From a virus (Duplodnaviria; Caudoviricetes): a stretch of DNA of 64,000 nucleotides. The DNA lies in IMG/VR virus record IMGVR_UViG_3300017766_003100, positions 64,001 to 128,000 of that record; one strand, written 5' to 3'. The position numbers were made by a program, and so were the translations under genes. Position 1 is the first letter of the stretch. Each line of letters begins with the position of its first letter. The notes beneath the pieces are model-generated. The model was given only the letters and a program-made list of their open reading frames with translations. It was not told the origin of the DNA and did not search any database. Positions 30,083-39,501 of this stretch are shown piece by piece.

Positions 30083-31120
30083 ATGCCACTACCAAAGAAA
30101 ATAAAAAAAGATATACCATTAACTGAGTCAAAGATTCTTTTAGAAAGGAGAAAAGAATTGGTTGATAAGATTAACAAAGATGGTACTTATTTACCCAAAT
30201 CTTTATTACACGCAGATTTGGATGGTGGTTTTTTGGATTTTGTTAAGAATGAATTAAAGACTATTGTTGATGGTAAAGTTATACCAACAATTGATATATT
30301 AATAACAACTCAAAATTGGGCACAATTTACTGAAACTTGGGATATTCAAAATATAGACAAAAATGTTGAACTTCCTTTTATATCAATTGTAAGAATTCCT
30401 GAAGTAAAGTATGGTACTAATCCCGCTGTTTTATATACAATACCAAACAGAAGATTATTTTTTTATGCTCAAGTCCCAACTTGGGATGGTAATAGAGTTG
30501 GTATGGACATATATAAAATACCACAACCTGTACCAATTGATATTACATTTCAAATAAAAATTGTATGTAATAGAATGAGAGAACTTAATGCTTTTAACAA
30601 AATAGTAATTGAGAAGTTTTCATCAAGACAAGCGTATACAGTTATAAAAGGACATTATATTCCAATTGTAATGGGTAATATTTCTGATGAATCTGTAATG
30701 GATATGGAAAAGAGGAAATATTATATTCAGAGTTATGAATTTACAATGTTGGGATTTTTAATTGATGAAAATGAATTTGAAGTAAGTCCTGCAATAAATA
30801 GAGTTTTACAAGTTTATGAAGTTGATACAAGAACAATTAAAAGAGGTGTAAAAAAAGAATTACCTAATAACAAAATTGAATTAGACGCATTGTTTAAATT
30901 AGGTATTACCACAATATCTGAAAAGTTTGATTATACAACGAATATTACTATAGACACAACAACTAATGTTGATAGTTATGATGTTTTCATAAATAACGAT
31001 TATTATGGTACTAGTGTGAATTCAATACAATTGAATGATGGGGATATTCTTAAATTTGAAATAATTAAAAATGACAACTCATTAGAAAGTAATATAAAAC
31101 TGATAAGTCAGGTTATCTAG
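30083..31120 (+). CDS. Tail terminator / sheath stabiliser (gp15-like)
   Basis: LPFISIVR and PQPVPIDITF motifs; located between the gp14-like gene and the sheath. Confidence 0.6.
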   Translation: MPLPKKIKKDIPLTESKILLERRKELVDKINKDGTYLPKSLLHADLDGGFLDFVKNELKTIVDGKVIPTIDILITTQNWAQFTETWDIQNIDKNVELPFISIVRIPEVKYGTNPAVLYTIPNRRLFFYAQVPTWDGNRVGMDIYKIPQPVPIDITFQIKIVCNRMRELNAFNKIVIEKFSSRQAYTVIKGHYIPIVMGNISDESVMDMEKRKYYIQSYEFTMLGFLIDENEFEVSPAINRVLQVYEVDTRTIKRGVKKELPNNKIELDALFKLGITTISEKFDYTTNITIDTTTNVDSYDVFINNDYYGTSVNSIQLNDGDILKFEIIKNDNSLESNIKLISQVI

Positions 31121-31281
31121 TTATCACCATAGATATCTTTTTTTTCTTTACACTTCTCAACAATTAGTCTTTCTAAAAAACGATACATTTTAATCCCGTT
31201 TTTGTCACAATATTTTTTTAGAATATCGTGAACCTCTAATGATATTTTAAGATTTTTTATTTTCTTTACACTTTTATCCAT
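31117..31281 (-). CDS. 54-aa ribbon-helix-helix-like DNA-binding protein (missed by the ORF track)
   Basis: MDKSVKKIKNLKISLEVHDILKKYCDKNGIKMYRFLERLIVEKCKEKKDIYGDN; ATG at 31281, TAG at 31117-31119; strand-helix-G-helix pattern. Confidence 0.65.
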   Translation of the reverse strand: MDKSVKKIKNLKISLEVHDILKKYCDKNGIKMYRFLERLIVEKCKEKKDIYGDN

Positions 31282-31293
31282 AGTAGAAAAAAG

Positions 31294-31309
31294 GTAGAAT
31301 TTATTCTAC
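31294..31309. promoter_or_regulatory. Perfect inverted repeat, candidate operator
   Basis: GTAGAAT-TT-ATTCTAC, plus an extra GTAGAA half-site at 31283-31288, just upstream of the RHH gene. Confidence 0.4.
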
Positions 31310-31360
31310 TCAATTTACATATACATATTACGAAGTAAAGTATTTTGCATTTTTGTTCAA

Positions 31361-31376
31361 TATTTATGTATAAATA
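31361..31376. promoter_or_regulatory. Palindromic pair of TATTTAT motifs (sheath gene and RHH gene)
   Basis: TATTTAT-GT-ATAAATA. Confidence 0.5.
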
Positions 31377-31397
31377 AATTATTAAACATAAAAAAAA

Positions 31398-34300
31398 ATG
31401 GCAAATACAAAAGTTTTCGTATCACCAGGTGTTTATACTTCCGAAGTTGATTTAAGTTTTGTATCACAAAGTGTTGGTGTCACAACATTGGGTATTGTAG
31501 GGGAAACATTAAAAGGTCCTGCATTTGAACCAATTTTCATCAGAAACTTTGATGAGTTTACAGCTTTTTTCGGTGGTACATCTCCTGAAAAATTTATTAA
31601 CACACAAATACCAAAATATGAGGCATCATATATTGCAAAGGCTTATTTGCAACAATCCAACCAATTATTTGTAACTAGAATATTGGGATTGTCAGGTTAT
31701 GATGCGGGTCCTTCTTGGTCTATAACTACTGTTGCAAACGTTGACCAATCTACGGTTGGTTTTGAATGTTCAAGTGCTACAACAGCAAATTGTGTTTCTC
31801 AATGTGTTGAGTATACAATTGTTGATTACACTATTGATTTTACTGGTTGTACAAACGACTCAAGTACAATATCATTTACATTCAATTCAAGTTCGGATAT
31901 TTTAACACCTGATTTTAATTCATCATACGAATTATTTAATGGAACAACATCAATTATTTCTAATGATTTAAAAAATCAAATTTCTCAAGTAATGAGTACT
32001 CCATCTAGTTCGGCTTACTCAATAAATTATTTTGGTGTAATTTCAGGAGGTACTTATGATTCATTATCAGCATATACTGCAAGTACAAATGTATTTGGTG
32101 TTGACAATGTAAGTTCAGATTTAGCTGATTATACTGCACCAATTAATGATACTTGGTATTATGCTACCTTTGATAATATTGGTGGTGGTGATTATTCAGG
32201 TTATTCATTCTATAGTACGATTACTGGTTTAACTGAAACATCAGCTTTATCAAATTGTGCTTCATTCTATAGTTTTGAAGTTAGTTCAACAACAATTAGT
32301 ACTGTGGTTGGGGCAATTAACTATAACACTAATACAATTAGTATTTGTTTACCATCAACAGCAACTACTGCAGATTATTCAGCAATGACCGTAACATTTA
32401 GTGCTTGTACAACTGAAAGTTTAAGTGGCGTAAGTAGTAATGGGGTTGTTCAATCAGCAATCACAGAAAATGTAAACTTTAGTGCATTAACTAAGTCTTA
32501 TACAATAACATCTGATGATTTAACGGCTACTTCTGCTTGGACAGTGAATGTAACAATAACAGACCCTTGTGGACTTTGTTCTTCAGGTAATACAGGTACA
32601 ATACAATCAGGAACAACAACTTATTGTTATAGTGGTACTGTAATGGGTAAAATATTTGTTTACACTGGTGATTCTTATACTAATTACGATGACTTAGTAA
32701 TTGCTACACTTCGTTCAAGAGGTATTGCAACATATAGTAATGATAATGGTGCAGTTTATGAGGTTCAAGATTTAAATGGTGTTTCACTTGATTGTACTGG
32801 TTCTTACTCAGCGGTAACTAAAAATCCTTTTTCAACATTTGGTGTAAATGTTACAAGTAAAGATGGTGACACTTATTTCTTTGAAACATCATTCTCTAAT
32901 TCTAATGTAAATTACATAGGAAAAGTTTTTGGATATTCAAACTTTGCAAAACCAAGAACTGTAGTTCCTCTATTCTTAGAAGAAAGATTCCAAACTTTAT
33001 TAAATTATGGATATAGAAAAGGTTACATTAGAGGTTTAAGTTGTGACTTAACTGCATTACCTGAGTCAAGAAATGGAGATTCTACTTCAATTGGTTGGTA
33101 TATGGAACAATATCAATCACCTGAATCACCTTGGGTTGTTTCTGAATTAAGAGGTAATAAAGTATTTAACCTATTTAAATTTATAACAATAGCTGATGGT
33201 GAATCTGCAAATACTGAAGTTAAAATTTCAATCGCTAACATTTCATTTAATAATGGGACATTTGATGTATTAGTAAGAGACTTTTTTGATAACGATTCAA
33301 ATCCAGTTGTGATTGAGAAATTCACTAATTGTACAATGAATCCAAACGAAAATAGTTTTATTGCTAAAAAGATTGGTACTAATGATGGTGAATATGAAAT
33401 GAATTCTAAATATATTATGATTCAAATCAACGAAGACGCTCCAATTGATGCTCTTCCTTGTGGATTTGAAGGTTACACATTTAGAGAATATGCTGGAGTA
33501 AAATCACCATTCCCAATTTATAAAACTAAGTACGATTTCCCTGGTGAAGTTATATACAATCCACCTTTTGGTTTAGCATCTGGTTCTGATGACGCAACAA
33601 GAAGTTCAGGTGATAACGTAAGAAGAACTTATTTAGGTTTATCTGATACACTTGGATATGATATTGATTTCTTTGGTTATAAAGGTAAACAAGTACCATT
33701 AAGTGTTTGTGATGATACATCAGGTAGTGATTGGGCGTTCAGAACTCAAGGTTTCCATATGGATATAAATGCTTCAGGTATTACAATACCTAACATTTAT
33801 ACATCAAGTGGTACATCTGCATTCCAAGTTGGTTCAGCACCATTTATTACAGACCCTGATAATGAATCAAATCCATATTACAGATTATTTGCACGTAAAT
33901 TCACTTTATTTGTAAATGGTGGTTTTGATGGATGGGATATCTATAGAGAATCAAGAACAAATACTGATAGATTTAGATTGGGTGGTGCAGGTTATTTAAA
34001 AGGTGCTTGTACATCAATAAGATACCCTAGTGCAACTGGTTTTGGAGCGTTCAAACGTATTACAGTTGGTAATAATAATCAAGATTTCGCAAACACAGAT
34101 TACTACGCTTACTTGTTAGGCCAACAAACATTTGCTAATCCTGAAGCTGTTAATATAAATGTATTTACTACACCTGGTATTGATTATGTAAATCATTCAA
34201 ATCTTGTAGAATCTGCAATTGAAATGATTGAATTTGATAGAGCGGATTCAATTTATATCTGTACAACACCAGACTACAATATGTTTGTACCTGTAACTAC

Positions 34301-34985
34301 AGATAACGCTGATTTGATTTACCCAACTGAAGCAGTTGATAATTTAGATACAGCTGGTATTGATTCTAACTATACTGCAACTTACTATCCTTGGGTTTTA
34401 ACAAGAGATACAGTAAACAATACTCAATTGTATATTCCACCAACAGCGGAAGTTTGTAGAAATCTTGCCTTGACTGATAACATTGCCTTCCCTTGGTTTG
34501 CTGCGGCAGGTTATACTCGTGGTATTGTAAATGGTATCAAAGCAAGAAAGAAACTTACACAAGAAGATAGAGATACCTTATATAAAGGTAGAATCAATCC
34601 AATTGCAACATTCTCAGACGTTGGAACTGTAATTTGGGGTAACAAAACTCTACAAGTTAGAGAGTCAGCATTAGATAGAATTAACGTAAGAAGACTTTTA
34701 CTTCAAGCACGTAAATTAATATCTGCAGTTTCTGTAAGATTATTATTTGAACAAAACGATGCTAAAGTTAGACAAGACTTCTTAGACGCAGTTAATCCTA
34801 TTTTGGATGCAATTAGAAGAGACAGAGGTTTATATGATTTCCGTGTAACAGTTTCTTCTGACCCTGCTGATTTGGATAGAAATCAACTTACTGGTAAGAT
34901 TTATATCAAACCAACCAAAGCATTGGAGTTCATCGATATTACATTCTATATCACTCCAACTGGTGCATCATTCGAAAATATCTAA
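31398..34985 (+). CDS. Contractile tail sheath protein with a large insertion
   Basis: VSPGVYTSEVD N-terminus; PWFAAAGYTRG; INPIATF...IWGNKTL; RINVRRLL C-terminal sheath motifs. Confidence 0.95.
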   Translation: MANTKVFVSPGVYTSEVDLSFVSQSVGVTTLGIVGETLKGPAFEPIFIRNFDEFTAFFGGTSPEKFINTQIPKYEASYIAKAYLQQSNQLFVTRILGLSGYDAGPSWSITTVANVDQSTVGFECSSATTANCVSQCVEYTIVDYTIDFTGCTNDSSTISFTFNSSSDILTPDFNSSYELFNGTTSIISNDLKNQISQVMSTPSSSAYSINYFGVISGGTYDSLSAYTASTNVFGVDNVSSDLADYTAPINDTWYYATFDNIGGGDYSGYSFYSTITGLTETSALSNCASFYSFEVSSTTISTVVGAINYNTNTISICLPSTATTADYSAMTVTFSACTTESLSGVSSNGVVQSAITENVNFSALTKSYTITSDDLTATSAWTVNVTITDPCGLCSSGNTGTIQSGTTTYCYSGTVMGKIFVYTGDSYTNYDDLVIATLRSRGIATYSNDNGAVYEVQDLNGVSLDCTGSYSAVTKNPFSTFGVNVTSKDGDTYFFETSFSNSNVNYIGKVFGYSNFAKPRTVVPLFLEERFQTLLNYGYRKGYIRGLSCDLTALPESRNGDSTSIGWYMEQYQSPESPWVVSELRGNKVFNLFKFITIADGESANTEVKISIANISFNNGTFDVLVRDFFDNDSNPVVIEKFTNCTMNPNENSFIAKKIGTNDGEYEMNSKYIMIQINEDAPIDALPCGFEGYTFREYAGVKSPFPIYKTKYDFPGEVIYNPPFGLASGSDDATRSSGDNVRRTYLGLSDTLGYDIDFFGYKGKQVPLSVCDDTSGSDWAFRTQGFHMDINASGITIPNIYTSSGTSAFQVGSAPFITDPDNESNPYYRLFARKFTLFVNGGFDGWDIYRESRTNTDRFRLGGAGYLKGACTSIRYPSATGFGAFKRITVGNNNQDFANTDYYAYLLGQQTFANPEAVNINVFTTPGIDYVNHSNLVESAIEMIEFDRADSIYICTTPDYNMFVPVTTDNADLIYPTEAVDNLDTAGIDSNYTATYYPWVLTRDTVNNTQLYIPPTAEVCRNLALTDNIAFPWFAAAGYTRGIVNGIKARKKLTQEDRDTLYKGRINPIATFSDVGTVIWGNKTLQVRESALDRINVRRLLLQARKLISAVSVRLLFEQNDAKVRQDFLDAVNPILDAIRRDRGLYDFRVTVSSDPADLDRNQLTGKIYIKPTKALEFIDITFYITPTGASFENI

Positions 34986-35003
34986 AATTAGATAAAAATA
35001 ATT

Positions 35004-35032
35004 GGGGGAGACAAAATCTCCCCCTTTTTTTT
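35004..35032 (+). terminator. Intrinsic terminator
   Basis: GGGGGAGA-CAAAA-TCTCCCCC followed by T8. Confidence 0.9.
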
Positions 35033-35053
35033 AATTAAGACATATTTATTAAT

Positions 35054-35938
35054 ATGAAAAATACTATAATCAGAATTCTTAGAGAAATAGAAGAAAGAGA
35101 AATACCTATGAAGTATTACGCTTTCGATTGGGATGATAATCTAATGTATATGCCAACACAAATTTATTTATTAGATGATGATGGTGAAGAAGTTGGTATG
35201 GGTACTGAAGATTTTGCTGAACACAGAACAGAAATAGGTAAAACACCTTTTGAATATAAAGGTTTTACAATTGTTAATTTTGCACCAAATCCTTTTAGAG
35301 ATTTTAAAACCGATGGGGATGGTAAGTTTTTAAGAGATGTTATGAGTGCTGAACTTGCTGAGGATGCTGCTTGGCCTGATTTTGTTGAGGCAATTAATAG
35401 TGGGTCATTATTTTCAATAATAACAGCTAGAGGACATAGACCTAACACATTAAAAAGTGGGGTATTAAAATTAATTAATTCAAATAGAGGTGGAATTGAT
35501 TCTGATGAATTATATGCTTCTTTAGTAAGAATGAGAAAAAATGCTGGTGAAAAACCTAAAGATAAAGATACTGAAATTAAAAAGTATTTAGACTTATGTA
35601 GATTCTATCCTGTTACATATGGAGAAGGTTCTGCAGCAAATCCTGAAGTTGCTAAAATTTCAGCAATGAATAAGTTTAAAAGTTATGTTCAAGCTCAAGT
35701 TGATAAACTTAATATTAGATTATCCAAAAATATTGAAAATAAGATATCTAATAAATTTGTACCAATTATTGGATTTTCAGATGATGACCCAAGAAACATT
35801 GAAGCAATGAGTAAGGGTGTAAAGGATATTAAGATTTATTCAACACATGGTGGAAAGAAAAAATTATATAAAAGAGAAGAAGATGAATTACAATTAGAAT
35901 ATAAAATAAAAAGTATTATTAAAAAACTAATTAAATAA
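35054..35938 (+). CDS. HAD-superfamily phosphatase-like protein
   Basis: YYAFDWDDN (DxD motif I), IITARG (motif II), GFSDDD..N (motif IV). Confidence 0.7.
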   Translation: MKNTIIRILREIEEREIPMKYYAFDWDDNLMYMPTQIYLLDDDGEEVGMGTEDFAEHRTEIGKTPFEYKGFTIVNFAPNPFRDFKTDGDGKFLRDVMSAELAEDAAWPDFVEAINSGSLFSIITARGHRPNTLKSGVLKLINSNRGGIDSDELYASLVRMRKNAGEKPKDKDTEIKKYLDLCRFYPVTYGEGSAANPEVAKISAMNKFKSYVQAQVDKLNIRLSKNIENKISNKFVPIIGFSDDDPRNIEAMSKGVKDIKIYSTHGGKKKLYKREEDELQLEYKIKSIIKKLIK

Positions 35939-36035
35939 TATAATATTTATAATAATATTATATATAATAATAAATTCCTTATATAGAGGATATTTCATTT
36001 CAAAAAAAAGTAAATAGAAAAAAAATTCAAATTGG

Positions 36036-36050
36036 ATATTTATAATAATA
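36036..36050 (+). promoter_or_regulatory. Extended TATTTAT motif upstream of the tube gene (second copy at 35943-35957)
   Basis: ATATTTATAATAATA occurs twice in this 140-nt AT-rich spacer. Confidence 0.55.
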
Positions 36051-36080
36051 AAACGAATAAAAATTTAAAAACAATATAAA

Positions 36081-36569
36081 ATGGCTGATTTATTAATGAA
36101 AATGCCGGTTCCATATGAACCAAAAAGACAGAATAGATTTATTTTAAGGTTTCCATCATCTTTGGGTATCAATGAGTGGTTTGTTGAGTCTGCAAAAAGA
36201 CCATCAATTAAAGTTAACTCAGTTGCTATTCCTTTCTTGAATACTTCAACATATGTTGCAGGACGTTTTGAATGGAATGAAATTGGTATTAAATTAAGAG
36301 ACCCTATCGGACCATCAGCGGCACAAGCAATTATGGAATGGATGCGTCTTTGTGCTGAGTCTGTAACTGGTCGTATGGGTTATGCCGCAGGTTACAAGAA
36401 AAATGTTGACTTGGAAATGTTAGACCCAACTGGTGTTGTTGTAGAAAAATGGATACTAGAAGGTACTTGGATGACAAGTGCTGACTTTGGTTCTCTTGGT
36501 TATAGTACTGATGCTTTGGCTGATATCAGTGTTAACTTAAGAATGGACCGTTGTATATTAGTTTACTAA
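36081..36569 (+). CDS. Tail tube protein (T4 gp19-like)
   Basis: EPKRQNRF.LRF, WMRL, WILEGTW and D...L....DI.V.L..D patterns; follows the sheath. Confidence 0.85.
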   Translation: MADLLMKMPVPYEPKRQNRFILRFPSSLGINEWFVESAKRPSIKVNSVAIPFLNTSTYVAGRFEWNEIGIKLRDPIGPSAAQAIMEWMRLCAESVTGRMGYAAGYKKNVDLEMLDPTGVVVEKWILEGTWMTSADFGSLGYSTDALADISVNLRMDRCILVY

Positions 36570-36651
36570 AAAATATTTTAACTTAAAATCTAATTCCTAA
36601 ATGTATTATGTACATTTGGGAATTTTTTTTTATTATGTAAATAAAAAAACT

Positions 36652-37404
36652 ATGAATATTGAAGAAATTGGACAAGCTAATTTTAGTTTACCACACGATT
36701 TAGTACCACTTCCATCCCAAGGTATATTTTATAAATCAAAAAAGAAAGCAATCAAGGTTGGTTATTTAACTGCAAATGATGAAAACTTTTTGGTTAGTGG
36801 AAATCAAGTAAATGGTGGTAATATTATTTTAACTCTTTTGAGAAATAAAATATATGAACCAGATTTAAGACCTGAAGATTTATTGGAGGGTGATATTGAA
36901 GCTATCTTGATTTTTTTGAGAAATACGGCATTTGGTCCTGAATATCAAATATCTTTAACTGACCCTATTACTAACAAACAATTTTCAGCTGATTTATTAA
37001 TTGATGAATTAAAAATAAAACAAACAAAAGAAAAACCAGATGAAAATGGTTTTTTTACTACAAGACTTCCAAAAACTGGGTCAGTTGTTAAATTAAAACC
37101 ATTAACTTATGGTGAAATAGTTGAGTTGGATAAAATGGCAGAACAATATCCTAATGGTAGAGTAGTTCCTAAAATTACATGGAGATTAAATAAAATTGTT
37201 CAAGAAATAGATGGTGATAGTGATAGAACTAACATTGCACTTACTATTGAGAACTTACCAATAGCGGATTCAAAACATATAAGAAATTTTATAAAAGATA
37301 ATACACCATCATTAGATTTAAGTAAGACCCTCCAAGCCCCTTCAGGAGAAAAGGTAACATTTGATGTTACTTTTGGGACTGAGTTTTTTCGTCCTTTCTT
37401 CTAA
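36652..37404 (+). CDS. Tail assembly chaperone / gp26-like baseplate hub assembly protein (start corrected from 36601)
   Basis: LPSQGIFY...YLTANDE motif; lies between tube and tape measure; ATG 36652 has an A-rich context. Confidence 0.7.
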   Translation: MNIEEIGQANFSLPHDLVPLPSQGIFYKSKKKAIKVGYLTANDENFLVSGNQVNGGNIILTLLRNKIYEPDLRPEDLLEGDIEAILIFLRNTAFGPEYQISLTDPITNKQFSADLLIDELKIKQTKEKPDENGFFTTRLPKTGSVVKLKPLTYGEIVELDKMAEQYPNGRVVPKITWRLNKIVQEIDGDSDRTNIALTIENLPIADSKHIRNFIKDNTPSLDLSKTLQAPSGEKVTFDVTFGTEFFRPFF

Positions 37405-37546
37405 TCACCGACAATATCTTTTGGATGATTATTATATAATGGCTAAATTTTTAAGAACTAGTTGGAGTGATTTTTTATCAATACCAACTTATGCAAGAAA
37501 GTATTTAATAAATCTAATAATAGAACAAAATACCCCGAAAGACTAA
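37361..37546 (+). CDS. Short gp51-like / chaperone C-terminal extension in the +1 frame overlapping the chaperone end
   Basis: LLDDYYIMAKF...WSDFLSIPTYARKYLINLIIEQ resembles small gp51-type chaperone parts; ends just before a terminator. Confidence 0.6.
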   Translation: MMLLLGLSFFVLSSNHRQYLLDDYYIMAKFLRTSWSDFLSIPTYARKYLINLIIEQNTPKD

Positions 37547-37567
37547 TTCCAAAAAATTAGTCTTTTT
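37538..37567 (+). terminator. Intrinsic terminator
   Basis: AAAGACTAATT-CCAAAA-AATTAGTCTTT(TT). Confidence 0.65.
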
Positions 37568-37594
37568 GTGTATTTATAATAAAAGTAAAAATAA

Positions 37595-39466
37595 ATGGGT
37601 GACGAAGATAAAAAGTTTGAAAATGTTTTTAAAGCTTTTGGTACTTATGCCGAAACTGTTGGTAAAGCGTTTGCTACCAATTTTATGGCAACCGAAATTG
37701 ATAAAACAATTAAACAATATGAGACCTCAGCCGTAAATGTATTAAAAACATTTGGTACAGGTAGAGACAGAATTGTTGAATTAAAGGCCTCTATGGCTGA
37801 TGCCGTAACAAGTGTTAAATTGTTAGGTGGAGAATTTACTGATGTTGCAAATATTGCTGAAGGTATTGGTAAATCACTTAATAGAAATTTAATTTTAACA
37901 AGCCAATCATATGAAAAATTATTTGCGACTCAAAAAGTAACTGGTATAGATGCTGGAACATTAGCAACTAATTTTAAAGATGCGGGGTATTCAGTATACC
38001 AAATTGGACAAAATATGGAAAAAGTTGTTAATACTGCAAGAGCACAAGGTATTAACGCAAGAGAAGTTTCATCCCAAGTTGTACAAAATATGGGATTGAT
38101 GGACAAATATAATTTTGCTGGTGGTGTTGAAGGTTTGGCAAAAATGGTTACACAAGCAACAAGTTTAAGAATTTCGGTTAGAGATATTGCTAATACAATG
38201 CAAAAAGCTTTTGAACCTGAAAGTGCAATTGAAATGGCAGCCGCATTACAAAGATTAGGTATGGCTCAAGGTGATTTATTAGACCCACTTAGATTAATGG
38301 ATTTAGCCCAAAATGACCCAGCGGAATTACAGAATCAAATTGCTGAAATGAGTAAAACATTTGTTGAATTCAATCAACAAACAAAAGCATTTGAAATAGC
38401 ACCTGGGGCTAAACGACAATTACAAGAGGTAGCACAAGCATTAGGTATGCAACCTGAAGCTTTTGCCAAGATGGCTAAGTCAGCAGCTGAGATGGATGAC
38501 AAGTTATCAAAAATTTCTTTCCCTAATACGTTTACAGAAGAACAAAAGAAATTTGTTGCCAATATGGCTGAGATGGGTGAAGGTGGTGAATATATGTTGA
38601 GAGTTGACAACAAAGACTTAAAACTTGATGAAGCTATGAAATTATTTGAGGGTGACTCAAAAAAACTAGAAAAGTTTATGAAAGAATCCCAACCAAAATC
38701 AATTGAAGACTTGGCTAAAGAACAATTAACAACTTCACAAAGAATGGCGGCAAACGTAAACGCTATTGCTAATAGAATGGGGGCGGCGGTTGCAAGTTCT
38801 GAAAGTCAAGAAATGGCAAATCAGGCAAGTGTTCAATTAAGTGAAGCTATTCCTAAAATGTTAAGTGGTGAAAAATTACAAGTTCAAACTATGAGAGAAT
38901 TTGGTGATAAAATGGCTCAAGATTTAATTAAAGATGCTCAATCGGGTAAATTAGTTGAAGGTTTAGGTAAAGCCGAAAAAGCTCAGGAAAATTATTTTAC
39001 TGGTGCATTAGATGATATGTCAACTGGAGTACAAACGGCATTTAAAGGTTTGAGTGAATCAACTAATCCTTTGATTCAAATAACAAGTAATTTAGTTGGA
39101 AAAATGGGAGACCTCATCATTAAAAATGAAAATTTAGATTCAAGTTTTTTTAAATTAAAAACTAGTGCTGATAACGCGGCAAATGGTTTAAGTAAAACAA
39201 GTACCGAAACTGCTAAAACAAATGTAAATGTTACACCACCACCACCAACAACTACGAAAGAAGAGATGAAATCACCATTAAAGAATAATGAAACTTCTAC
39301 GACAGAAATGAAATTTACTAATCCAATTGAAATAAAAGTTACATTGTCAGGATTCCCATCTGGTATGACAGAAGAAAATATTAAGAAAATGATAGAAGAG
39401 GGTAAATTCAGTCAAGAAATTGTTAAAGCAATAAGTGATGCTGAAAAACAAAAAACTAAACAATAA
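37595..39466 (+). CDS. Tape measure protein (putative)
   Basis: Helical, Ala/Gln/Met/Lys-rich 623 aa directly after tube and chaperone. Confidence 0.7.
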   Translation: MGDEDKKFENVFKAFGTYAETVGKAFATNFMATEIDKTIKQYETSAVNVLKTFGTGRDRIVELKASMADAVTSVKLLGGEFTDVANIAEGIGKSLNRNLILTSQSYEKLFATQKVTGIDAGTLATNFKDAGYSVYQIGQNMEKVVNTARAQGINAREVSSQVVQNMGLMDKYNFAGGVEGLAKMVTQATSLRISVRDIANTMQKAFEPESAIEMAAALQRLGMAQGDLLDPLRLMDLAQNDPAELQNQIAEMSKTFVEFNQQTKAFEIAPGAKRQLQEVAQALGMQPEAFAKMAKSAAEMDDKLSKISFPNTFTEEQKKFVANMAEMGEGGEYMLRVDNKDLKLDEAMKLFEGDSKKLEKFMKESQPKSIEDLAKEQLTTSQRMAANVNAIANRMGAAVASSESQEMANQASVQLSEAIPKMLSGEKLQVQTMREFGDKMAQDLIKDAQSGKLVEGLGKAEKAQENYFTGALDDMSTGVQTAFKGLSESTNPLIQITSNLVGKMGDLIIKNENLDSSFFKLKTSADNAANGLSKTSTETAKTNVNVTPPPPTTTKEEMKSPLKNNETSTTEMKFTNPIEIKVTLSGFPSGMTEENIKKMIEEGKFSQEIVKAISDAEKQKTKQ

Positions 39467-39501
39467 AATCTAATAAATTCTATTTATATAAAAACAATTA
39501 A

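Noticed and set aside
36611-36618. TACATTTG as a Bacteroidota -7 element before the chaperone gene
   Set aside because: No TTTG -33 element at the expected spacing; could be chance.
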